From: Macrostomum lignano
Taxonomy: Eukaryota
Length of the DNA stretch: 64,000 nt
Assembly: GCA_002269645.1 (NCBI GenBank)
Contig: NIVC01002272.1
Span: 1-64,000 of the forward strand
Direction of reading: 5' to 3'
The translations under genes and the position numbers were made by a program. Below are positions 49,801 to 60,505 of this stretch, in pieces (within the stretch, counting starts at the first letter, position 1; each line of letters starts with the position of its first letter). A model generated the notes under the pieces. That model was given only the letters and a program-made list of their open reading frames with translations. It ran no database searches and was not told the origin of the DNA.

Positions 49801-51060
49801 TAGTAGTTAATTAATACTTCCGGTTGGTATATTTCAGTAGCTAATTAATACTTCCGGTTGGTATATTTTAGTAGTTAATTAATACTTCCGGTTGGTATAT
49901 TTCAGTAGCTAATTAATACTTCCGGTTGGTATATTTAAGTAGTTAATTAATACTTCCGGTTGGTATATTTTAGTAGTTAATTAATTACTTCCGGTTGGTA
50001 TATTTCAGTAGTTAATTAATACTTCCGGTTGGTATATTTTAGTAGTTAATTAATACTTCCGGTTGGTATATTTTAGTAGTTAATTAATACTTCCGGTTGT
50101 ATATTTAGTAGTTATTAATACTTCCGGTTGGTATATTTTAGTAGTTAATTAATACTTCCGGTTGGTATATTTCAGTAGTTAATTAATACTTCCGGTTGGT
50201 ATATTTCAGTAGTTAATTAATACTTCCGGTTGGTATATTTTAGTAGTTAATTAATACTTCCGGTTGGTATATTTTAGTAGTTAATTAATACTTCCGGTTG
50301 GTATATTTCAGTAGTAATTAATACTTCCGGTTGGTATATTTCAGTAGTTAATTAATACTTCCGGTTGGTATATTTCAGTAGTTAATTAATACTTCCGGTT
50401 GGTATATTTTAGTAGCTAATTAATACTTCCGGTTGGTATATTTCAGTAGCTAATTAATACTTCCGGTTGGTATATTTCAGTAGTTAATTAATACTTCCGG
50501 TTGGTATATTTCAGTAGTTAATTAATACTTCCGGTTGGTATATTTTAGTAGTTAATTAATACTTCCGGTTGGTATATTTCAGTAGTTAATTAATACTTCC
50601 GGTTGGTATATTTCAGTAGTTAATTAATACTTCCGGTTGGTATATTTCAGTAGTTAATTAATACTTTAGGTCGGTATATTCAACTAGTTAGTTGATAATT
50701 CGATAGCAGAAAACGTTTACAAAATTTTCGACCGTGTTTTGTTAAAATTTAAACTTTCAACCGCTCCATTAGGTTTGCCTCTCGGTATGCGCAATGGACT
50801 CAGACGAAGCCTGCTCACTCGTCAACATATTCAATATCTCGGCGGACCGAGGCCTCACAGTCGACGACGCCATGGCGATCCCGGAGCCCACGCTAAGCAG
50901 GTTGGATTTCGCTGACAGCGAGACGGGCCGGAAGTTCCAGTTCCCAATAGTGCGGGTGCCCTCGCCAGACTGCCTGGTGGTGAATGGCAAGAAGGCCAAG
51001 GCCAGTGCATGGCGCAGCGCCACCGTGTTCTCATCCCAGGTGTCCAGCTCGTCCACCTGA
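46884..51060 (+). CDS. TTC5: Tetratricopeptide repeat protein 5 (TTC5/STRAP)
   Basis: Phase-0 exons 46884-47411, 48092-48340, 48821-49096 and 50773-51060. EAWRLLGETYWK, LRNLSMVLR, DGRSWAVLGNAYLS, DPDLHYN, LDPSWP, AIPEP and RVPSPDCLVVNGK all match TTC5. The ATG is upstream; a candidate micro-exon is ATGAAA/gtacga at 45712-45717 (unverified). Confidence 0.93.
47655..47865 (-). mobile_element. SINE-like family B copy in TTC5 intron
   Basis: Reverse-complement match to 541-780. Confidence 0.6.
48490..48661 (-). mobile_element. SINE family A copy in TTC5 intron
   Basis: CACACCCTCAATTACC...GCTAATGCTGGCACCCATTTTACA...GATTCGAACCCC is the reverse complement of the 11589 copy. Confidence 0.7.
49205..50670 (+). 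repeat. 34-bp intronic minisatellite TACTTCCGGTTGGTATATTTTAGTAGTTAATTAA
   Basis: About 43 copies in the last TTC5 intron. Confidence 0.95.
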
Positions 51061-51194
51061 GCTCGGCTTGGACTGTCCGCAGGCGGGGAAGTTCTTGCCA
51101 ATTGGCTGCAAGAATGAATCGATTGATTGTCCTGTGAATTCTAAATCCCAATGTCCTCAGATTTCCGGCCTTCTCCCAGTTCCACAACACTTAA

Positions 51195-51430
51195 AGCCTC
51201 ATCATCACTCCTAGCCTCATCACTCCAGCCTCATCATTCCCAGACTCCCAGTCTCATCACTCCCAGAAATCCAGCCTCATCACTGCCAGGCCTCCAGCCT
51301 CATCAACCCTGACTCATTATTTCCAGCCTCATCAATCCCAGACTCATCCTCCCAACCGCAACTCCCAGCCTCATCACTCCCAGCTTTATCAACCCAGCCT
51401 CATCACTCCCAGCCTTATCACTGCCAGCAC
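51195..51430 (+). repeat. Degenerate CCCAGCCTCATCACT repeat
   Basis: Downstream of the TTC5 stop. Confidence 0.8.
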
Positions 51431-52105
51431 AATCGCTTTATTCGATTGATAGTAAATTCCAGAAAACCAGTTTTTAATACTTGTCACCGCCCTATAAAAT
51501 CTCTCGATAATTCCCAGTTAGCATGCTATTGCTGCATGCAAGCACTTGAGCCACTGGAATTTTTATTCCTTTTGCAGAAACTTGCAGAAATCTCAACTTT
51601 CCATTGTGTATTGCCTGATTAACTTTACTACGAGCTAGAACTTCGTCACCCACTTACTCTGCACTTTGTTGCTTATGCTTATCTTGTATCGTATTTTCTC
51701 GTTTTGCTTTTGCTCTAAGCTGAGCTTATACAATACATGCCTTGTGGCAGTCATGCTTTTTTGCTTTTCCATTTTCATATTTTTACCGTCCAGTTGTACG
51801 CACAGCGTGAATATTTATCTTTGTTATTTGCCCTGTTTGCTGTCTTGTTTAATTTTGTTACTATAACAGAAACGTTATCACTTGCCCTGTGTGATGATTT
51901 GCAACTCGCTTGACTTTCTAGTTTTTTCATGTGCGTCATCAAAAATTTGCTGTTCCTGAAAGCCAACATTGCATGCTGGGCATAGATGTTTAGCCTTATT
52001 CATTACCTTTTGCTTGTATTTATTTAGGTAGTAAATAAAAGAGTTTGTTTCGATTTCTATTTGATGTGAATGCATTAGACTAGCGCACAAGTATTTTTTT
52101 CATTT

Positions 52106-52201
52106 GGATCCTTTAGTAACCAGATTAGCTAGTTGAAGCTAGAAGTTCAGTTAGGATCCTTTAGTAACCAGATTAGCTAGTTGAAGCTAGAAGTTCAGTT
52201 A
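52106..52201 (+). repeat. Perfect 48-bp tandem duplication
   Basis: GGATCCTTTAGTAACC...GAAGTTCAGTTA occurs twice. Confidence 0.9.
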
Positions 52202-52908
52202 GTTTAGAAATCTACGAAGAAGTTAAACTAAGACATAATTTATAGCTACCTACCATTTGAAGCAGCCGTCAAATTGACTCTTCTCTTCTACTCGTCCATG
52301 TTGACAACCCGTTATTGTAGCCAAATATACCCGGTAGATAATAAATAAAAACCATCTGGAAGCTTTCAGATCCTCAAAATACTCTCTGAGTATTATTTTA
52401 GGTATTACTCCTATTAGTATGTCTTTCATTAGGTAAAATTTATTTGTGTCCTACTAATTTTTAAATCAAGGACCACTAGAAGTACATCAATCAGGACGCT
52501 GCAGTCAAAGATGGTATAATTTTTGGAGGCTGATTTCCGTAAAAAAATGCACTGCGGAGATTAGAAAAAATCAACTCTATTTTATATAGTTGTGCAGTGA
52601 AAGTTTTGTTTTTACATTTTTTATAAGCCCGAAGTTGTTAATACTCACAAGTTGAATTACGAGCGTAGTTACATAAAATACACCAGAGCAACATGCTGTT
52701 CATGCTAAATTAAAAGAATGCTAATCTTCACTAATCCAGATCAAATGCAATCATTGATTTTGTAATGAGCCTTCAAAAGAATTACACGATCTTTGACTGT
52801 AGCGTCCTGATTTACTGCTAGTGGTCCTTGATTCAAATCAGAACTTTACCGAAAGCGAACCCATCCAACCTGCTCTCTTTACAGAAGACTTGCATTTTTT
52901 TGAGAAAC

Positions 52909-54177
52909 ATGGACGGTCAAAGCAGCAATGCGACTTCCGCCGGTACAGGACAACTCGAAGCGGCGTCAACTTTGAGTGAACGTCAGCGAGACCAGATCCA
53001 GCATATTAGTCGGTATAGAGATGTGCTTCTTCTAAGACTTGAATCCATGCAGATAAACCAGGCTGGCCAGCCGCTCAGTCTTCGGCATTTAAGCAACGTA
53101 GTTGACTGGCCAGAGTATTACGTTCGAGTCCAGACTGGCTCTAGTAAAGTAGACGAGTTGATTGCAGATTTAGATACGTTTTTCGGCGCCAGTCTGGCTC
53201 AGCTGAATCAGGTGCGCGATGAGGCCAGACAGAAGCTGGCAAGATTTTTTCCGAGCTCAGTGGAAGCGGAGCAGCTTGAGTTGCGCATGTTCCAGCGTCT
53301 AAGATCTTGTCAGGAGGCCAACGAGTCGAATTTCGAAGAAATCTATCAATTTGCAATGGTCGCTCTGTGCTCATTTCTGCACTGGCTGCAGCCGTCGCCT
53401 TGGGAGCGTCGGCAGCAACTTAGCAAACGAATGCACTGGCTTCACGAGCAGTACCAGGACACCATCAAGCAGCGCATTGACGCAGAGTATCGAAGTAATC
53501 CTTTCTACGCTCAGACGCTTCAGAGGTTGTGCCTTGTGTTGAAAGCGCCGGATTCTTTCTTGGAGAAGCGCTCATACTCCGAGGGCATTGTCGGACCGGT
53601 TGATCGTCTGGAAGCGTTTCTGCAAAACTTCTCCAATCAGACGGCTGAGCAGCGCCTTAAAGACCAGCTGATCTGTCGGATGCGGATTTTCCATCGGCAG
53701 CACGGAGATTACATCAGAAAGCGCATGGAAACTAGCAGTATTAGCCCGGTCGTCTTGGACAAGCTTCGTAAAATGCTCGCCGACTTTGAATCACCCGAGT
53801 CATTTTTCCTGCATTATAAAGACGATTTGGAAGCCATGCAAAAATTGCTGGATCGATCCGAGTCCACTCTTGAAGCCGTATTGCCGGACAAATTGCATCC
53901 GAGCTTGCGCAAAGTCCGCACAGAGGCTCGCGCGAAATTGGCGCAATTGTATCGGAGTCCCGCACTTGGTGACTACTATGTAGACCTGCTGCTGAAGCTG
54001 TACCCGAAACCAGAGAAGCTGGAGACTCACCTGTACAACCGGTGTCGAAGGGTTACATCGGACAGTGCCGAGCTGGTTTTATACGAGCGATACATAAAGA
54101 ATCTGCTGATTGTGCTCAACGGTCGCTGGCATGAGAGCCTGTTAAGACCGTTTCTAATCGAAGAACGCGAGCTTTAG
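52909..54177 (+). CDS. Intronless MED15-derived mosaic protein (two KIX-like and about three middle-domain-like modules)
   Basis: ATG 52909 in a 449-codon ORF. VRDEARQKLA and VRTEARAKLAQLYRSPALG...PEKLETHLYNRC resemble the KIX of the 62440 gene. LSERQRDQIQH, RMHWLHEQYQDTIKQRI...LQRLCLVLKAPDSF and RMRIFHRQHGDYIRKRME...LDKLRKMLADFESPESF resemble its middle module. Ends FLIEEREL*. Confidence 0.7.
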   Translation: MDGQSSNATSAGTGQLEAASTLSERQRDQIQHISRYRDVLLLRLESMQINQAGQPLSLRHLSNVVDWPEYYVRVQTGSSKVDELIADLDTFFGASLAQLNQVRDEARQKLARFFPSSVEAEQLELRMFQRLRSCQEANESNFEEIYQFAMVALCSFLHWLQPSPWERRQQLSKRMHWLHEQYQDTIKQRIDAEYRSNPFYAQTLQRLCLVLKAPDSFLEKRSYSEGIVGPVDRLEAFLQNFSNQTAEQRLKDQLICRMRIFHRQHGDYIRKRMETSSISPVVLDKLRKMLADFESPESFFLHYKDDLEAMQKLLDRSESTLEAVLPDKLHPSLRKVRTEARAKLAQLYRSPALGDYYVDLLLKLYPKPEKLETHLYNRCRRVTSDSAELVLYERYIKNLLIVLNGRWHESLLRPFLIEEREL

Positions 54178-54321
54178 TATCGTAGCTACGCTCGTAGTTT
54201 GCGCGACTTTTTGGTGATTGGGTTTCTTAGGCCTAATGGAGAGATGTGCAACAGCTCAGGCGTAGGTTTAGTGCGACGCATCTGAAGGCTGTTTACGGCT
54301 GTTCAGTCAAAGGACCGGGAT

Positions 54322-54494
54322 AGGGGGTCGCCGCACACACCCTCAATTACCTCAGCTAATGCTGCTGGCACCCATTTTACAGCTGGTTGAACAATGCAGA
54401 GTTAAGTGTCATGCTTGTTTCAAGTCGGTCAAGAATCGAACCCCCGACTTTTTAGTCGTGAGTCCGACGTTCTAACCACTAGGCTACAACCCCC
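54322..54494 (-). mobile_element. SINE family A copy
   Basis: Same reverse-complement motifs; a degenerate paralogous copy lies at about 60660-60760. Confidence 0.7.
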
Positions 54495-55230
54495 AATTGA
54501 TAATATATATATAATACCTGAACACTATTCGAATACATGTATATTGAAATCTACTGATCTTGTAGGTCATTGTTATAAAATAAGATTTTATCTTGATTCT
54601 GGGATTTTGATCGTTTTGCACGCCGATAGCTGAACACGTCTGCGAAGTGTTATTTGTGCTCACCACAAAACGTACTCGTTGTCGAAGTCTGCTAAAACTG
54701 GCAATTGAAGTTACGCAAAGAACCCAGCTTCTAATCTGCGGGGTCTATCAGTGTGCATTTCTACTGTAGGTGTAAAACTCTGTTGCCTTTGATTGCTTTT
54801 ATTGCATTCATTTATCTCCTTTATTCGAAACTAAGTACGAAATTTTGACTGGCGCTCAGACTTTATTAATCAGTAAAGCAAAGTTTTTTCAGTTTCCGCA
54901 TTTCAACACTGCCGCTCAAGTTTAACGCTTGTATGCAATTTTGTAGTTTTCAGAAAATACAAAAATGACTAAACTTGTTTGCTCTTATCTTTGATAATTT
55001 TTCTTGTTTTTCTTTAAATTGATTTCAAACCAACATACTAGGATAGAAAAATGGAAGTGCTAGACTGCTCTACATTTCTTAAATAGAAAGATACAGTCAG
55101 TTGATAAAATTATTATTTTAAAACTTCGGAAGCGAACTATACTAACGACGTTTTTAGCTATATGAAAAGACTAAAAAATTGTCATGTAATCCTGGGTCCA
55201 AACCTAGGAATATATAGATCGTATATTCAC

Positions 55231-56171
55231 TACATGGGCCACTATATTTACTACTTGGGCGCGTCAATAGAGTCCTAGGGGTGTTTGGGGTTAGGTCGGG
55301 GTTCGGGGTCCCGATGAATGTTCAGGATGGGGTTCGGGGTTCCCGATAAATGTTCGGGATCGGGGTTCGGGACGGGATTTTGGACCGGGATTTCGGGGTT
55401 TTCGGGGTTCGCAAATTTTCTGAATTCCCATAGAACTACGAAAAAATCCTTATGAATTAGCTTTTTTCGTTTTTAACGTGATCGCTTAAGGCTTATGACG
55501 CTTAAATCCAAAGCTTTATTTAATGCTTTTCTGTGGTCGTAAGTTTCGTTAATAACATTTATAAATACGCGCTCTTTCAAATACTATATTGCAAAACTCG
55601 TACGATCGTACTTAAATAACTTTTGCATAAATATTGCCTTCTACACTGAAATATATTGGCCAAACAGGCTTCTTGCCTGAGCCAAACTTACTACTACTAC
55701 TGTGCACGTGCATATTCTAATACATACTTTACATGACGGACTTAGCTTTTGACACGTGCCGTGCCGTCCATAAACTGCGATGATTATCAAGTCAAAAATA
55801 TTTTTTAAACTTATGGTATAGGATTAGTACTATTACTACTATTATTTTTCTATAATTAAGTTTATATGTTTTTAAGGTATTGTTTCTTAGAAAAAGATTT
55901 AGAATCTTAAGAATTTTAAGAATCATAGAAATGTTTAAATTTATAGACCTATTCTTCAATAGAGAGTCATATCTCTATTAAAAAACAGGTTTATAAAATA
56001 AAATCCCCCAATAATGTCCCCAGGTCCTAGATAGATGATCCGATGAGGTTATCGGGGTCGGGATTAGGGTTCAGGACGGGGTTCGGATTCCCAAAAGATG
56101 TTCGGGATCGGGGTTAACCTGGAACCCCGAAAAAAACGCCGTCCCGAAGACCCGTACAATAGACCCATGTA
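55231..56171. mobile_element. Possible non-autonomous DNA element with GGGGTTCGGG subterminal arrays
   Basis: Ends TACATGGG...CCCATGTA; two G-rich arrays of (GGGGTTCGGG)-like units near both ends. The TIR is very short. Confidence 0.35.
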
Positions 56172-56744
56172 TTTCTTGAAAATTTTAGCGACCACCGTCT
56201 ACTTAGATATAGTTTAAGTTCAGTAGTTTGAGCGATAAGTGCGTACATTATTGTGCTATAATTTTCCGATCCACATGTACTCAGCAACATTGAAAATTCG
56301 CCACTCTATGCAACACCAGTGAGCAATTTCTCTTGGACTGTTGTGAAATAAAAGATACGAGAAAACTAATCGGGGTAGCTTTAATCCGTCCGACAAGTTG
56401 CGTCACTAGCAAAGAATTGAGAGACTTTACCTGCACTCTCAAAAGTTTTCGATTTTTCGTTATTCTTTTACGCCTAAAAACCATTAAAATGGCACGACTC
56501 AGCTCATTGGTTTTATGATTATATTTTATCATATTAGCTGACTGTGTAACAGAGATGATAAAATAGATTCAAAAAACCAAAGGTTCAAGCTGTGCCATGC
56601 ATTTTTAATGACTTTTAGATACAGGAAATGCACGTAAAATCGAAAAACTATTTAGAATCCTAATTTTCTGAGAGAAAGCTTTATAAATATCAATAGAGCT
56701 ATAACAAAGGCACAACATATCAAAATATAAACATTGGGTCTGCC

Positions 56745-58783
56745 CACAGATACTATAAACACTAGATAGGCCACTCCAGCTAATTTTCACAACACGACAG
56801 TTTACTCTACTTTCTGCTTAGTAGTAGTAAAAACATTTTAGCGTTATTTATATTTTTTTAAAATAAAAAAAACAGATGAATGCAATGCAGCAATTGTATT
56901 GATTTTTTGCAAAAAGAAACTTATAATTATACTTTCCACAATTCAAAGCAACATTGTGAATGCTTTAGATTGCATAGAAGGCTATATTATTGCAGTCTAC
57001 TATTGTATATTTAGCAAATACGAGCTATATCATATACTCCATAATCCATATTCGTGTAGCAAAATAGAAAGATTTCTCATCTTAATCAGCTCATCTGTTT
57101 GTGAAACTCGCAGCGTGCTGTCGAAGAACAGGGTCGCCAGTCGCCCTTGTTCAGAGGCAGCATTCAGAACGGCCCAACAGATGAAAAAAACTGGCGAATG
57201 CGCCACTTCAAGGTCCAGGGATGTATCCGATGGAGAGCCAATCCTCAGTGGTTTCGTAACAGGCAGCCGATAAGCAGCAGGACCTTTGTGGTGCAGCTGC
57301 AATGAGCTGCTGATGAGATGACATCCTTTGACCAGAGCACCCCTGACTGCGAGCGCCCTGCCGCCCAGTCGACCGCTGGAAGCTGCGCTAGCCACGCCTC
57401 CACAGTCCATGGATGCACGACTGCGCTGCACTTGCCTTGACCATCGAGAGTGGCCGCTGCAGCCGCTTGATTTGCCTGTCGCTTTCGGGATTGCCGCTGC
57501 AGCCGCTTGATTTGCCTGTCGCTTTCGGGATTGCCGCTGCAGCCGCTTGATTCGCCTGTCGCTTTCGGGATTGCCGCTGCAGCCGCTTGATTCGCCTGTC
57601 ACTTTCGGGATTGCCGCTGCAGCCGCTTGATTCGCCTGTCACTTTCGGGATTGCCGCTTGATTCGCCTGTCACTTTCGGGATCGTTGCTGCAGCCGCTTG
57701 ATCTTTGCCTCTAGCGCTTGGAACCCGCGAATCGGCTGCAGAGGTGAGAGCTTTCAGCCGCAACAGCTGTTCTCGGCGCAGAATCTGGTAGCCGAAGGTT
57801 GCTCTGCCACAGCACTGGCAGCAGGCAAGTCGCAGGCTCGGCTGCAGATAGATTGCTAATTGGCCCCAGCACTGGAGGGTACATGTCGTCTGCCTCTTCA
57901 TCGTTTATCAGTCCTTTGCACAGAGGGTAGCTGGTCTATTTGAACGAGCCGAGGCAGCATCAACTCTTGGTGTGGGATTGCGTCCCAGCGAAAACAGATG
58001 TCTTGCACATCCGTGGCACTTTGTAAGGCAGCAGTAGGCCTCGTCCATAAAGTGCAAGCTGAACACACGGAGGCCCCGTGATTTAATTGTTTATAAAGAT
58101 CAATATCCACGCTCCTGCAGTAGCTGCTGCCAGCGCTTCGCCAGTGTCATCTTTTGGTAATTTATGCATTCGCAACGGATTTTTCTTTCTCGGATGTTAA
58201 TAGCACTAGTACAAAGCTCGTGCAAGTGGGAGCACAGCAGTGGTTCGAATCAAAACATTTCTCGAGTACAAGATTAGATAGAAAAGCTAGTATGCACTCG
58301 AACTTTCTTTAACTCTGACTCTTGTCCTGTTCATCTATATAAGCTTGTATTTAAGCACGATTCGCCACCCCCAAATTTTCTAACCCACAACCTCTCAACC
58401 CCCACCCCACCCCTAACCCAGGCTAGCTATGTGCAGTCCTTTATTTTCTATCCCACCACCAGTAGGCCTAAATTATCGATCCACTCACCCTGCCTTATAC
58501 GAAACTGATATTAACCCTATTCCAGACTACCCCCCTTCCTTCACTTTGAAAGATAGCGGCATTGCACACTGTCTGTCGCGTCTTAATGTACACCAGTACT
58601 GCACAAAACAAGTTAGTTGTTTATGGCGTTAGCAAAACGATGTCTTAAAAACAGTCACTCGATTTGTCTAATTTAGCAAATAATACTGTTGCTTCCTTTC
58701 ATTGCTACTAAGCAGAAAGTAGAATAAAAAACTTGCCCAGAAAATTAGCCTGAGTGGCCTATCTAGTGTTTATAGTATCTGTG
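56745..58783 (-). mobile_element. P-superfamily-like non-autonomous DNA transposon with decayed THAP domain
   Basis: 32-bp perfect TIR CACAGATACTATAAACACTAGATAGGCCACTC with CA...TG termini. 8-bp TSD GGTCTGCC at 56737-56744 and 58784-58791. Minus strand 58245-58049 yields HCCAPTC, HKLPKD, KRWQQ and RVFSLHF across broken frames. Confidence 0.8.
57455..57705 (+). repeat. 40-bp tandem repeat inside the P-like element
   Basis: GCCGCTGCAGCCGCTTGATTTGCCTGTCGCTTTCGGGATT, about 6 copies. Confidence 0.9.
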
Positions 58784-59425
58784 GGTCTGCCTCCTATCGA
58801 AAGCAAAAAAAAATTTGTGTTCAAAAATAAAGACTTCCTTTTTTCGTAGGGTATTTTTCGGTGAACAGTGGCCTTCAAAACGTTTTTAATAGATTTCGAG
58901 TGTTGCGTCCTTCTACTTTAGTATGGTCTACTTAACATGGTTGTTGCAGTCTCACGCAGAAACTGCGCGAGTTCAAACCCAATTGCGTCATTCCAAAGAA
59001 GCCTCTATGTTCCTTTCGCTCCTCGACACTCAAAATATAGATTTTTTGGACTAAACTTGTACACACGAAGCCTTGAATGCCCTAGATATGTGCAAGTTTA
59101 GTCTATAAAAATCTATGAGAATTATTTTGAGTTTCGCTTCCTGATGAGCTAAAGGCTTCCTTAGCTTGCTTTTCAAGTTTTCGTTAATATAAGTCCAATT
59201 TTCGTAACTTTTTTGTCAAACCCTGCTTGCTAGTGTCATTGTGAGCAGAATGACACATCATTTGTGTACATAGGTTACTCGGGCTCCACTTTATGAGCTC
59301 AAGTTGACAGGCCCTTTGGTTAAAGTAGTTCAGAAGCTGGATCCATTTATGCTAATTCATATCGAAAGTTATCAAATTAAGTTTAAAAACCATCTTTCAG
59401 CGCTACCGCGGCTTCAGAGAGTAAA

Positions 59426-60505
59426 ATGGATAACCAAAACCGTGCCCTACGATACGTCATTGTGCCGCCACCGCAGCAGCTGCGTGCTGAGACTCGATGC
59501 AAGCTGGCTAATCTGTACCGCAGCCCTGCACCTGGAAACCAGGTAGCTCAGCTGCTGGACCGCTATCCCACCGCTGAACAACTTGAAGATTCCATTTTCA
59601 GGCATTGTCAGGCTCAGCAGCGGAGTGGTGGCGTCAGCTTTGATCAGCACCAGTACCTGAGCCTTGTGTCCAAGGTGGAAGACGCGCTGACGGGTCGCCT
59701 GTCGCATCAGCGACAGCAGCTGCGTGCTGAGACACGACGCAAATTGGCTAATCTGTACCGCAGCCCCGCACAGGGACACCATGTAACCGAGCTGCTGAAC
59801 CGCTGTCCCACCGCTGAACAGCTAGAAGATTGCCTTTTCAGGTATTGTCATTCTCGCCAACAAAATGGTGGTGTCAGCTTTGATAAGCAGAAGTACCTGC
59901 ACGCTGTGTCCACTATGGAAGGCGTACTGACCGGTCGCCTGCCGCTTAAGCCACAACAGCTGCAGCAGATGCGTGTTGAGACTCGGCGCAAATTTGCTAA
60001 TCTGTACCGCAGCCCTGCACCTGGAAATCTGGTAGCCGATCTGCTGAGACAATATCCTACTGTTGAGCAGCTGGAGGATTTGGCTTTCAGGCGTAGTCAG
60101 GTGCAACAGCAGAGAAGTCGCGCCAGCTTTGATCAGCAGTACCTGAGCATTGTGTCCAAGCTGGAAGACTTACTGACAGGTCGCCTGCCGCCGGCGCAAG
60201 AGCAAAAGCTGGAGCAGATGCTGCAGCAACAGCAGCAGCGGGAGCAGCAGCTGCGTGTTGAGACTCGACGCAAGCTGGCTAATCTGTACCGCAGCCCTAC
60301 ACCTGGAAACCTGGTAGCCCAGCTGCTGAGCCGCTATCCCACCGCTGAACAACTTGAAGATTTCGTTTTCAGGCGTAGTCAGGCGCACCAGCGGAGTGGT
60401 GGCGCCAGCTTTGACCAGCAGTACCTGAGCCTTGTGTCCAACCTGGAAGGCATACTGACGGGTCGCATGCTAAGCCTGCTTCCATTCGATGAACGCGAGA
60501 TTTAA
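59426..60505 (+). CDS. Intronless protein of four tandem MED15-type KIX domains
   Basis: Uninterrupted 359-aa ORF with four roughly 80-aa copies of LRxETRRKLANLYRSPAPG...PTAEQLEDxxFRxxQ...FDQQYLSxVSKxEDxLTGRL; ends LLPFDEREI*. Confidence 0.8.
   Translation: MDNQNRALRYVIVPPPQQLRAETRCKLANLYRSPAPGNQVAQLLDRYPTAEQLEDSIFRHCQAQQRSGGVSFDQHQYLSLVSKVEDALTGRLSHQRQQLRAETRRKLANLYRSPAQGHHVTELLNRCPTAEQLEDCLFRYCHSRQQNGGVSFDKQKYLHAVSTMEGVLTGRLPLKPQQLQQMRVETRRKFANLYRSPAPGNLVADLLRQYPTVEQLEDLAFRRSQVQQQRSRASFDQQYLSIVSKLEDLLTGRLPPAQEQKLEQMLQQQQQREQQLRVETRRKLANLYRSPTPGNLVAQLLSRYPTAEQLEDFVFRRSQAHQRSGGASFDQQYLSLVSNLEGILTGRMLSLLPFDEREI

Noticed and set aside
5753-50670. Tandem arrays as possible CRISPR arrays
   Set aside because: Units are head-to-tail with no unique spacers, there are no cas genes, and the context is eukaryotic.
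57030-57901. ORFs inside the P-like element as a transposase
   Set aside because: Driven by a 40-bp repeat that shifts frame each unit; no catalytic transposase motifs.
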